Positions 8,556-17,509 of a DNA stretch of 64,000 nucleotides are shown here, in pieces; position 1 is the stretch's first letter; each line of letters opens with the position of its first letter. The DNA comes from Fidelibacterota bacterium (GTDB lineage: Bacteria; Fidelibacterota; UBA2242; B5-G15). The notes under the pieces were generated by a model, which saw only the letters and a list, made by a program, of their open reading frames with translations, made no database searches and had not been told where the DNA came from. The translations under genes and the position numbers were made by a program. The stretch lies in NCBI GenBank assembly GCA_017656425.1, contig JACDNV010000006.1, positions 42,542 through 106,541 of the forward strand. The letters are read 5' to 3'.

Positions 8556-8596
8556 AAAAAGAAGAAAGTAGAAATTGTGAAACTACAAAACCCAAT

Positions 8597-8649
8597 TGAT
8601 AACACAGGCTATATGCTATTAAAACGACATATAGCCTTAACCGCTAGAC
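8597..8649 (+). other. attC: attC site 4 (short; R' degenerate GCTAGAC)
   Basis: TGATAAC acaggctatatg...catatagccttaacc GCTAGAC; perfect 9-bp inner inverted repeat. Confidence 0.7.
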
Positions 8650-8689
8650 GCAACGCCTATTTTGATATCTGAAAATGTTGTGGTGAACT

Positions 8690-9715
8690 ATGACAAATAA
8701 AGTAGGTCGTAAAGAGATTGTATACAGAGACAATACTATTGATAGGGAGAATCTTCCACTTCCAATAGTGCTCTACCCTGGATTCTACGGGGCTTTTTTT
8801 GGTTTTCGGCAAACAGAAGTTTCTCCCATTATCTTGTGTTCATGCGCGAAAGAGGCAATCGAAAACTATCTGAGGTTCCGGATATCGAAGCCGATTCCAC
8901 TAAATACAGACCCTGGCAGAATGTTCGTTTTGGATTCTATGTACTTTCCACGAGCTCTAGTTGACATTTTGATGAAGCACAATGTACAAAATAACTATAA
9001 AGTAATTAATCACCTTCTATTTGAAAACAATCTTTGTCACGAGTGTAATGGGGTTATCCCAAAATATCGTTACTGTCACGAAATGTATGGAGGCGCATTT
9101 AAGCAAAACTATGGGTGGTACATAAATAAACAGGCATACGAATTTGGTATTGAACCGATATCAAACCGTGTACTTCCTGAGGTATGTCCAAGGGAAATAC
9201 TAGAAATTATCAAGCTCGACCCTATAGAAACACCCAAACGTTATCAGGAATTAGTAGAAACCAACCCTGCTGAGGCAGATAGGTTATGGAAGAAATTTCA
9301 AAAACAGAACAGGCGCGTTTGGAATATCATTGAAAACGAGGTAAGACAAAAATTTGGGCATAGAAAAATCGGGGAATCCTGGACTAGCGAAACCATTCTG
9401 TATTACATCGTACAGTCTCTTTTCCAAGACATGACTGTTATAAGACACTATCGCTCTGAATTCCTTCAAGGATTAGAACTTGATATATTTATTAAAGAAC
9501 TAAAAGTAGGTATTGAGTATCAAGGTATACAGCACTTTGAGCCAGTGGATCACTGGGGTGGTATAAAAGCTCTGCAGAAATTAAAGGCACGAGATAAAAA
9601 GAAAAGAGATATATGCAAATCTTCGGGCATAGATCTTATCTACTTTAAATATGACGAAGACTTAAGCAATGATTTGGTATTGGCTAAGTTAAAAAAATAC
9701 ATTGAAAAATTTTAA
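8690..9715 (+). CDS. Cassette 5: protein with C-terminal PD-(D/E)XK (Vsr/DUF559-like) endonuclease domain and Cys motifs
   Basis: LELDIFIKELKVGIEYQGIQHF...RDKKKRDIC; CxC and CHEC motifs. Confidence 0.75.
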   Translation: MTNKVGRKEIVYRDNTIDRENLPLPIVLYPGFYGAFFGFRQTEVSPIILCSCAKEAIENYLRFRISKPIPLNTDPGRMFVLDSMYFPRALVDILMKHNVQNNYKVINHLLFENNLCHECNGVIPKYRYCHEMYGGAFKQNYGWYINKQAYEFGIEPISNRVLPEVCPREILEIIKLDPIETPKRYQELVETNPAEADRLWKKFQKQNRRVWNIIENEVRQKFGHRKIGESWTSETILYYIVQSLFQDMTVIRHYRSEFLQGLELDIFIKELKVGIEYQGIQHFEPVDHWGGIKALQKLKARDKKKRDICKSSGIDLIYFKYDEDLSNDLVLAKLKKYIEKF

Positions 9716-9727
9716 ACTTGGCACTGC

Positions 9728-9807
9728 TTCTAACGGTGAATAAAAGGCTTCGCTATGCTTCACCTAAATTGTCTTCGGCAACTTCTATTATCCGAAAACC
9801 TTTATAC
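9728..9807 (+). other. attC: attC site 5 (R' degenerate TTTATAC)
   Basis: TTCTAAC ggtgaataaaaggcttcg...aacttctattatccgaaaacc TTTATAC. Confidence 0.7.
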
Positions 9808-9841
9808 GCCATTGCTTGTAATGGAATGGAGGTTATAAACC

Positions 9842-10741
9842 ATGATGCATAAAGGGACACGAACTACAGGTGGGAATATGCCTGCAAAACTTAAACAGAA
9901 AGTCAATAAACTATTAGACGAATTCGGAACCTTAGTCCAAGGCATTTCACAGGAGCGTCATCTTCAGAGAGCAGTTGTAAGAAGTTTGTTAACTTGTAGC
10001 TTAGTAGCGCTTTTGGACAAGAACAACCTTTTCATCCTTGCGCAGCGTCACTTTGGGATGCCGTCCTCTCTATTTATTTATGTTCCTGAAAAGCAACTAA
10101 CCCCACAGCAAGCATTAGGTAGTGCTCGATGGGAATTTGGCCTTGAGGACCCGTTTCTGATCGTTTTCCCAAGCGCGTTGCTCGAACAAGAGGAAGTACA
10201 ACGGCGGCCAGCATTAGAGGCAATTGCTGTTGCTCATGTTGATTCCGAATTTCAGAGGGTAATAAAGATGACAAGTCTTATACAAATCAATCCATTATTT
10301 GGTCCTGCATCATATAGTGTAGATGAGCGATTAGCTTTCGTACTTATGCCTTTTGCTGAGGATCTAACAAGGGTCTATACTTCCATTATCAAGCCCACGG
10401 TTGAGGCGACAGGTTTAGTTTGCCGTCGCGCTGATGATTTCAAAACTAATAAAGCGATAATTCAAGATATTTGGAAAGCAATCTGTGAAGCACGAATCGT
10501 TATTGCCGACCTTACTGATTTGAATCCCAATGTGATGTATGAGCTAGGAATTGCACATACAGTTGGTAAAGAGACAATTTTGATCTATCAACGTGGAAGA
10601 GGAAAGGATCCCAAGTTCCCATTTGATCTGGCACATATTCGAAGAATACAATACGAGGACAGTGCTACGGGTGGGAAGAAATTAGAAAACGACCTTTCCG
10701 ATACATTGAAATCTATACTTGAACCAACAGCAGTATCTTAA
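9842..10741 (+). CDS. Cassette 6: protein with C-terminal nucleoside 2-deoxyribosyltransferase-like (TIR/NDT-type Rossmann) domain
   Basis: AFVLMPF, RAD, VIADLT..NPNVMYELGIAH.GK, PFDL.H.R.I.Y. Confidence 0.8.
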   Translation: MMHKGTRTTGGNMPAKLKQKVNKLLDEFGTLVQGISQERHLQRAVVRSLLTCSLVALLDKNNLFILAQRHFGMPSSLFIYVPEKQLTPQQALGSARWEFGLEDPFLIVFPSALLEQEEVQRRPALEAIAVAHVDSEFQRVIKMTSLIQINPLFGPASYSVDERLAFVLMPFAEDLTRVYTSIIKPTVEATGLVCRRADDFKTNKAIIQDIWKAICEARIVIADLTDLNPNVMYELGIAHTVGKETILIYQRGRGKDPKFPFDLAHIRRIQYEDSATGGKKLENDLSDTLKSILEPTAVS

Positions 10742-10765
10742 AATTACCATAAGAATAGCAACGGC

Positions 10766-10853
10766 GTATACCAGAGTGTATATGGCTTCGGTTTCGCCTC
10801 CGTTCAAATTCCTCGCTTTGCTTTAAACTTCGGATATGTCCGGATCGTTATAT
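10766..10853 (+). other. attC: attC site 6 (R'' degenerate GTATACC)
   Basis: gcaacggcGTATACC is nearly complementary to the cassette start tttatacgccattgc; ends GTTATAT; core resembles attC5. Confidence 0.75.
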
Positions 10854-10894
10854 GACATCTGGCTTCAGTTATTTCACAAAGTAGTGAAGTAAAT

Positions 10895-11695
10895 ATGATG
10901 ATCAATATCGACTATAAAAGCGGAATTAAAACCCTTCTGGATGAGTATAAGGGGGTTCTTAACGAAGAAATTAAAAAGGGATTGGAATGGAGACACAAAA
11001 TAGAGAGTAGAAAATTGTCCTGTGAAGATCAACAGGAGTTATTGAAAGATGTAATTGCTCAATTACTTGTTCAGGGGAAAAGTGCAAAGGGAGTAGAAAT
11101 ACAGATCAATAACATTAAAGAAGTAATTGGAGAATGGAGTACAAAAAACGTTGAGAAAAACTTGGATACTTTGGGAATGTCAAACAGGAAAATACAGAAG
11201 TTGAGAGATATTTTACAGTATTTAAAAAGCAACTCTATTGCTGTTTGGGTAATTAAACTGCATGAAGATAACAATCACATACCTCGTATGGGATTAAAAA
11301 GCGATGATGATTTTCTCAAATCCCATGGTTTTTATGAACATTTACCTGTTGACAGGCATACTCAACGTTTTTTATTTAGAACAGGCATAATTCAGTGGTA
11401 TCTAAAGAAAAATAACGATGATGTGTTAACCTTGTTTTCGGAAACATATGAAAAGAAATATAAATTTTTCCAGAAAATCGTAGTAGCACTTTGTGAAAAG
11501 TTCTGTGATGATGTATACATACAGATTCCAGATGTAAAGTTGAGATTAGCAGAAAATCCAGGCATTCTTGACATTGTGATATGGCGTCATTGTGGAGAAG
11601 ATGAAAATCTGGGTTGTAGAAATATCTGTGGAAATATATCAAGATGTAATGAATGTGTATTTAAGGAGGCTTGTTTATGGCATTTATTGAAATAA
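10895..11695 (+). CDS. Cassette 7: HhH-GPD / endonuclease III-like DNA glycosylase with a C-terminal Cys cluster
   Basis: MGLKSDD (HhH-like), LPVDRHTQRFLFRTG, IC.....CNECVFKEAC. Confidence 0.7.
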   Translation: MMINIDYKSGIKTLLDEYKGVLNEEIKKGLEWRHKIESRKLSCEDQQELLKDVIAQLLVQGKSAKGVEIQINNIKEVIGEWSTKNVEKNLDTLGMSNRKIQKLRDILQYLKSNSIAVWVIKLHEDNNHIPRMGLKSDDDFLKSHGFYEHLPVDRHTQRFLFRTGIIQWYLKKNNDDVLTLFSETYEKKYKFFQKIVVALCEKFCDDVYIQIPDVKLRLAENPGILDIVIWRHCGEDENLGCRNICGNISRCNECVFKEACLWHLLK

Positions 11696-12216
11696 TCTCG
11701 AAGCTCAATGCCTCGCTACCATCATGGTTTGCCCTTATGATTTAGTTCGAAATAAAAATATGGTTACCCTTTATGGACAATTTTCCAACATTGCATTTGA
11801 GATTTGGAAATACAATAAATAAGGAAGTATTTGCGCATACGCCCCGTAGTCTCAGTTCTTATTGATTAACATCGGGATTGCCTATGATCCGTGCCTGCTC
11901 TCCATTTTACAGGCTCCCAAAGATTCTTACCCTCGTTGGCTTTGTTCCGATTTCTATTATGAAAGACTTTTTATAGTTAAAGAAGGAGAAGAAGTCTTCA
12001 TTTTAACAGAGCTGGATTTGAATTAAAAAGATAAATCTATTAATGATAAATGTATCTTTTAAAAAAACACACCAGACAGGTGTCATCGTAAGATTGCGTT
12101 TTAACTTAGTCGAAACAGGAAAGAGGTATATCTATTCCCACCAATTACCCTAATAAAAATCGATATTTAATTCATTCGCTACTTTTTCCTAAAAATGTAA
12201 AATGATTAGGTGGGAT

Positions 12217-12903
12217 TTATTTAATTTTTTGCATTATTATTAAATACTTAAATCCTCTTAAATAGAAATTATACTTTTTAGCTCTTTGATGCCAGATGGG
12301 AGTATTTGAAGTCTGATTATGTCTTGCCACACAGACAATATCTACTGGTTTAAAATATTTTTCGAGAATAGAGTACATCTTAAATCCTACTGGTACAAAT
12401 ATTTTCTTTTTTGCTTGATCTCCAATAAGCCAAGCAATATACTTTCCTTTCTTTAAAATTCGATGTGCTTCTTTTGCAACCTTATCTAATTCTTCGAAAA
12501 ATCTGGGATTTTCACAAGAAATATTACCAATATTGTCTGGGCGGTCATTGTACCTAATGTTGTCTGAATAAGGTGAATCTATAAAAACAAAATCTGCTAC
12601 CCCGTTCTTTAATGGTAATCTTCTAGCGTCGGCTTGTTTTATATCCTTCCTATAAGGAACAATATCAAAACCTAAAACCTTTCGTTTTTCCTCTTTGCAA
12701 ACATCAATAGTAGTTCCACTCCCACACATTGGATCTACTACTAATTCACCTTCTTTGGTGTATCTCTGAATTAAATTCCAAATAACGAATGCAGGAGTTA
12801 CTCCTCTATATTTATTGTCTCCGTGAGGTCTATTACCATAATTTTGTGTTGGATAGTCCCAAAGAGTTGTGGTTTCAAATGGAGGCTTATTATTATTTCT
12901 CAT
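12217..12903 (-). CDS. DNA amino-methyltransferase (N4-C/N6-A type)
   Basis: DPMCGSGTT SAM-binding motif, DSPY catalytic motif, RILKKG. Confidence 0.85.
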   Translation of the reverse strand: MRNNNKPPFETTTLWDYPTQNYGNRPHGDNKYRGVTPAFVIWNLIQRYTKEGELVVDPMCGSGTTIDVCKEEKRKVLGFDIVPYRKDIKQADARRLPLKNGVADFVFIDSPYSDNIRYNDRPDNIGNISCENPRFFEELDKVAKEAHRILKKGKYIAWLIGDQAKKKIFVPVGFKMYSILEKYFKPVDIVCVARHNQTSNTPIWHQRAKKYNFYLRGFKYLIIMQKIK

Positions 12904-13579
12904 TCTCCAGTAATTTTTTTAGATCATCAATGAAATGTTCAAAGAGTTTTACTTTATCACTTTCCTCAACTTCTTCATCAGTTAAAACATAACTTCCATC
13001 TAGATCTATCTCAACGATAGCTCTCCCTTTTTTAGGAGGAACTTTTCGTGTTAGAGTTCCATCTTCATCAGGGGTAATGAAGTAAACTTTAACGTGTTCG
13101 GTTGCTCTATCCTGTGAAAGTTTAAGCTTCCAATAACCTGTTTGGGCAATCCGTTCTCTCAAGGTCACCTTACTTGAAATAGCAGCCAAAACCTTACAAT
13201 TCTCTGGATTATAAATAATTATATCAACATCTGGTAGATGCAAGCCAAATTCACCATAATCAATTGCTAAGTTCCTTTTCACTTGACTCAGCTCTTTAGA
13301 TAAATTTATTGTTCTTTCTAATTTATTTCCATTAACAACTTTTAACCCAAGTTCTTCAACTTCATCAGTAATAATATATTGAACTAACTTTTCTAGATTT
13401 TTACCCTTAAATGCTCTCCAGCTTTGTTCATGATCTCCATTTGGGGTAGGATTCTTTAACCAGTCTTGTCTATGAATCTCTTTTGCTTCTTTTAATAATT
13501 CCGAAATATGCTTGTATGCGTTTACTCCAAACTTCTTTTTTTTCTTTAAATATAAATTCTTTAAATCTTCGAAATTCAT
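12893..13579 (-). CDS. Type II restriction endonuclease, BsaWI family
   Basis: QSWRAFKGKNLE, LPDVD, ISSKVTLRERIAQTGYWKLKL. Confidence 0.85.
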   Translation of the reverse strand: MNFEDLKNLYLKKKKKFGVNAYKHISELLKEAKEIHRQDWLKNPTPNGDHEQSWRAFKGKNLEKLVQYIITDEVEELGLKVVNGNKLERTINLSKELSQVKRNLAIDYGEFGLHLPDVDIIIYNPENCKVLAAISSKVTLRERIAQTGYWKLKLSQDRATEHVKVYFITPDEDGTLTRKVPPKKGRAIVEIDLDGSYVLTDEEVEESDKVKLFEHFIDDLKKLLENEK

Positions 13580-13582
13580 TTT

Positions 13583-14932
13583 TTACTCCTTTAAGCCAAT
13601 TATAATATATTCAAAGGGGTAGGCTTCTGAATTTGCTTTATCATTATTAGCAAATCTCCCTGTCTTTTCATCCCTTTTTTGAGGAAGTATTTTTAGGGGG
13701 ATTTCCCTTTTTATGATTTTATCCAATTTAAACCCTGAATATTGTAAACTCTCTGAAAAAACTTCAGCATTTAAAATGCTTATACCTTTCAATACAGTAT
13801 TACCAATTACATAGCAACATCGTCCCCCTCTTTTTAAAATCCTATAACTTTCATCAAATACATCTTGCATATCGATAAAAAAAGTCTCGATCTCTTTAGC
13901 CATCTTTTTACTCTTTTGCTTCATTTTATCAACGATATTTTTAGCTATAATACTTTTCAATTTTCTCTTTTCTGAAAGCTTGTAAGCAGAACCAATGAAC
14001 TTTTTTTTATATGCCGTCAAATTATCTGCAAAATCCAACCAGATAGTAGAAAGTTGATGTAAATCAGCGTATTCATAGCTGGTTACATAAGGACTTGAGC
14101 TAACAATTAAATCTACACTATTATCCTCAACAGGCTGTTTTTTAGCATCTTGTGCTTTTATGTTTAAATATTTTATTAGATTTTCTCTAACCTCTTGAGG
14201 CACTACTTTATAAAATTCTTCATTCCCCTTTTGCATCTTTTTTAAATGTCTTCTAAACACTTCCAATGGATCGGCAGGCTTTTTTTTTAAATCTCTTGTA
14301 GGTTTAGTGCTTCCTTGAAGCCATATAGAACAATTCTTTAAAATATGACTAAAAGCTATTAATAAGAAATCTCTTATAATTTCGTCATATTCTTCGTAAA
14401 TTACCCTCAAAATTTTCCCCAATTCAATTTTGTTTTTTTCATCAAACCAATAATTTATTCTTTCGATATGTCTTTCTGGAATTAATGGAGTAATATCTTT
14501 AGAAAATAGTCCAGATAGTCTAATTAAAGTCCGTTCTATTTTCTTTTCTAGATAATTAGGATCAATTGGTGTAGACTTTACCTTTGTCATTAAATAAGCT
14601 ATTTTATTTATGTCCGTTCCACTTGCTTTAAATCCTCTCGAGATAGCAGTAACAATTGTCGTTCCACTACCCATAAAAGGATCATTAATATGAGCATCTT
14701 TAGTAGTTATATATTCATCAATTAACCTTTCTACCAATTGAGGAATAAATTTTGCTGGATATCGATGATAACAATGTGTCCATTTACCTGTATCTTTTGG
14801 TTTTAATTCATTAAAGGACCAACTCTTATCAATTTGTAATTCTCTAAAAAGCTGCAAAATATCTGTATGGTTAAAATAATTAACTTGAGATGTTAGCATT
14901 TCATTTCGTTTTATTTCGCTCACTAGTTTCAC
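13583..14932 (-). CDS. DNA N4-cytosine-type methyltransferase (alternative start ATG at 14899)
   Basis: THCYHRYPAKFIPQL, DPFMGSGTT, SSPY motif. Confidence 0.88.
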   Translation of the reverse strand: MKLVSEIKRNEMLTSQVNYFNHTDILQLFRELQIDKSWSFNELKPKDTGKWTHCYHRYPAKFIPQLVERLIDEYITTKDAHINDPFMGSGTTIVTAISRGFKASGTDINKIAYLMTKVKSTPIDPNYLEKKIERTLIRLSGLFSKDITPLIPERHIERINYWFDEKNKIELGKILRVIYEEYDEIIRDFLLIAFSHILKNCSIWLQGSTKPTRDLKKKPADPLEVFRRHLKKMQKGNEEFYKVVPQEVRENLIKYLNIKAQDAKKQPVEDNSVDLIVSSSPYVTSYEYADLHQLSTIWLDFADNLTAYKKKFIGSAYKLSEKRKLKSIIAKNIVDKMKQKSKKMAKEIETFFIDMQDVFDESYRILKRGGRCCYVIGNTVLKGISILNAEVFSESLQYSGFKLDKIIKREIPLKILPQKRDEKTGRFANNDKANSEAYPFEYIIIGLKE

Positions 14933-15100
14933 TATACCTATTCCTTTCTATCCATTTATAAATAGCTTTTTTTAAATCTTCAATTGCCACCGACTTTAAA
15001 AGAGAGGATTTTTTCTTTCTTTAGCAAGCCTGTAAATAGTCTTTTTGGTCATCTTTAAATAATTAGCAATTTCTTTTATAGTCATAATGTCTGTTTTCAT
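14901..15100 (-). pseudogene. Decayed excisionase-family (HTH_17) DNA-binding gene heading the RM operon
   Basis: MKTDIMTIKEIANYLKMTKKTIYRLAKERK, frameshift, ILSFKVGGN*RFKK, frameshift, AIYKWIE; TGA stands where W is conserved. Confidence 0.8.
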
Positions 15101-15138
15101 TGCTAATTCCCTATGATAATTCTTTAGAATCTGGATAT

Positions 15139-15167
15139 ACTATACAAATCAATTAAAATAAAGTCAA
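15139..15167 (-). promoter_or_regulatory. Sigma70-like promoter of the HTH-RM operon
   Basis: TTGACT-17 bp-TATAGT on the minus strand, about 40 bp before the HTH ATG. Confidence 0.7.
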
Positions 15168-15533
15168 GAAAATTGTATGAAATTTTACAATATTTTCCAT
15201 TTTAAGGAAATAATAACAAATTAATGAAATATTGATTTTCATTAGGTTAGCAAGTAGGAATAGATATTCCTTTTTGTCCCGGTAATAATCGGGACATAGG
15301 CTGACGAAAGCACTTATCTTGAGTAGGCTTTTTACTAAAAAAAGACTTCCTGAAAAATATCTTATCTTTTAAAAACTTTGTAAATTAAAAACTAAAATAT
15401 TTCTTTCCTTCTCTTAAAAACAAAATATATCTCAATAACAACCAGGGATAAAATCCAAACAATTTCACATAATCCATTTTTTCACTAAAAAAATTTTTAT
15501 AACTTTGCAACAACTTTACTGGAGGCAGGCTTT

Positions 15534-17369
15534 ATGGGTAAGATTAATTTTTTAGAATATTTAAAAGACAATACAGTTCTCTTCGATGGAGCTATGGGAA
15601 CAATGCTATATTCTAAGGGAATTTTTATAAACAGATGCTTTGATGAGGTAAACTTAAGCAATCCTGAGCTTGTAAAAGAAATACATAGCGAATATATAAA
15701 GGCAGGGGCAGATGCAATCGAAACAAATACTTTCAGTGCAAACAGATATAAACTCGCAAAATTCGGACTTGTAGACAAACTATATGAAATAAATAAAAGA
15801 GGAGCAGAGATTGCAAAAGAAGTTGCACAAGATGATACCTGGATTGCAGGATCTATCGGCCCTCTTGGTGTAAAAATAGAACCAATAGGGCCTACACCTA
15901 TCGATGAGGCAAAAGATGCTTTTAAAGAACAGATAAAAGCACTAATTGATGGTGGCGTAGATTTACTTATTTTTGAAACCTTCTACGATGTAAATGAAAT
16001 TCTGCAGGCAATCTCTATTGCAAAAGATTTAACTGATATCCCTATTATTGCTCAGATGACAGTGAATGAAGACGGTAATACTCACTATGGGACACCCTCT
16101 GAGGTATTTACAAAAAAACTTGAGGAGGCTGGTGCTGATGTAATCGGAATCAATTGTAGTGTTGGTCCTCAACCAATGCTTGAAGTTGTCAAACGGATGC
16201 TAAAGGTTACCAAAAAACCTATCTCCGTACAGCCAAATGCCGGAGTCCCAAGGAATGTAGATGGAAGAAACATTTACCTTGTCTCACCTGAGTACATGGC
16301 AGAATACGCAAAAAGATACGTCAATATGGGCGCAAAAATTGTAGGTGGTTGTTGCGGTACCACTCCCCAACATATAAAGGAGATGAGAAAAGCAATTCAT
16401 TCACTAATACCAAGGAAAAGGTTTGTGGAAATTACTGAGGTCAAAAAGGAGATAGCAAGACTGAAGCCTGTACCACTCGAGCAAAGATCAAATTTCGCTA
16501 AAAAATTAAAACAGGGGGAATTTGTAACCAGTGTCGAGATGGTACCCCCAAAAGGTATAAACTCAGAAAAGGAAATTGAAAAGGCAAAAAGATTAAAAGA
16601 GGCAGGTGTTGATGCAATAAACATTCCCGATGGTCCAAGGGCTCTTGCAAGAATGGGAGCAAGTTACCTTGCAAAAATTTTACAGGATGAAGCAGGGATA
16701 GAAACCATACTGCATTATACCTGTAGAGATAAAAATCTCCTTGGGATAATGTCGGATTTACTTGGTCTCCATTCAATAGGAATTAGAAATCTTTTAATAA
16801 TAACGGGTGATCCACCAAAGATGGGAGATTATCCTGATGCCACAGCAGTATTTGATGTAGATTCAATTGGGCTTGTAAATATAGCTAAAAATTTGAACAT
16901 GGGAATAGATATTGGTGGAAATTTCATCGGTTCTCAAACTGAATATTTCATCGGTGTCGGAGTCAATCCCGGAGCTGTAGGTCTGGACTATGAACTCGAA
17001 AGATTCGGATGGAAAATAAAAGCCGGTGCAGAATTTGCAATTACCCAACCCGTATTCGATCTGGACACATTTTATAATTTCTATAAAAGAATAGAGAATT
17101 ATAAAATACCAATCATCGCAGGTGTCTGGCCACTTGTAAGCTATAAAAATGCCGAATTCCTGAACAACGAAATACCTGGCATTACCATACCAGACGATAT
17201 TATGAAAAGAATGAAAAATGCCGAAACTAAAGAGGAAGCTTTAGAAATAGGGCTCCAGGAAGCCATAAAAATAATTAAAAACATCAGAGAAATTGTTCAC
17301 GGCGTACAGATTTCAATGCCTTTCGGAAGAGTTGAAATCCCAATTAGAATCTTAGAAGAGATTATTTAA
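15534..17369 (+). CDS. yitJ: Bifunctional homocysteine S-methyltransferase / methylenetetrahydrofolate reductase
   Basis: DGAMGT, GINCSVGP, GGCCGTTP, then MTHFR domain with NIPDGPRA, ITGDPP, ITQPVFD. Confidence 0.92.
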   Translation: MGKINFLEYLKDNTVLFDGAMGTMLYSKGIFINRCFDEVNLSNPELVKEIHSEYIKAGADAIETNTFSANRYKLAKFGLVDKLYEINKRGAEIAKEVAQDDTWIAGSIGPLGVKIEPIGPTPIDEAKDAFKEQIKALIDGGVDLLIFETFYDVNEILQAISIAKDLTDIPIIAQMTVNEDGNTHYGTPSEVFTKKLEEAGADVIGINCSVGPQPMLEVVKRMLKVTKKPISVQPNAGVPRNVDGRNIYLVSPEYMAEYAKRYVNMGAKIVGGCCGTTPQHIKEMRKAIHSLIPRKRFVEITEVKKEIARLKPVPLEQRSNFAKKLKQGEFVTSVEMVPPKGINSEKEIEKAKRLKEAGVDAINIPDGPRALARMGASYLAKILQDEAGIETILHYTCRDKNLLGIMSDLLGLHSIGIRNLLIITGDPPKMGDYPDATAVFDVDSIGLVNIAKNLNMGIDIGGNFIGSQTEYFIGVGVNPGAVGLDYELERFGWKIKAGAEFAITQPVFDLDTFYNFYKRIENYKIPIIAGVWPLVSYKNAEFLNNEIPGITIPDDIMKRMKNAETKEEALEIGLQEAIKIIKNIREIVHGVQISMPFGRVEIPIRILEEII

Positions 17370-17509
17370 CATCCCCAAACGAAATATAAAAGTACATAAA
17401 AAATAATTCCCGCCAGTAATAGCAATATTGCAGTTTGCATTCCAGGAGAAATTTTAAACTTCCTTCTCTTCTTTTTCTTTACCAATCTGAGGTTTTTTTC
17501 TTCAGCCAT
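17366..17509 (-). CDS. Small single-pass membrane protein (47 aa), below the ORF-track cutoff
   Basis: MAEEKNLRLVKKKRRKFKISPGMQTAILLLLAGIIFYVLLYFVWGC; overlaps the PAP2 stop. Confidence 0.6.
   Translation of the reverse strand: MAEEKNLRLVKKKKRRKFKISPGMQTAILLLLAGIIFYVLLYFVWGC

Larger units (their letters stand above)
6202..11695 (+). mobile_element. Integron cassette array without an integrase gene in the window (CALIN-like): 6 attC sites, 7 cassettes
   Basis: Co-oriented unrelated ORFs of varying GC, separated by RYYYAAC...GTTRRRY imperfect palindromes; each cassette start is complementary to its own end. Confidence 0.88.

Noticed and set aside
11700..12210. Further cassette or attC after the glycosylase gene
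   Set aside because: No R'' box complementary to GTTATAT was found; the region looks like an unidentifiable decayed remnant.
8033..14982. TGA recoding (alternative genetic code) suggested by in-frame TGAs at 8033 and 14980-14982
   Set aside because: Many intact genes end in TGA and use TGG for Trp; the two sites imply different residues (Arg, Trp), and the HTH gene also has frameshifts.
15240..15335. SAM-I riboswitch or ribozyme upstream of yitJ (hairpin tgtcccg-gtaataat-cgggaca, cttatcttgag, ctgacga)
   Set aside because: Only isolated fragments match; the conserved P2-P4 elements and hammerhead stems could not be built.
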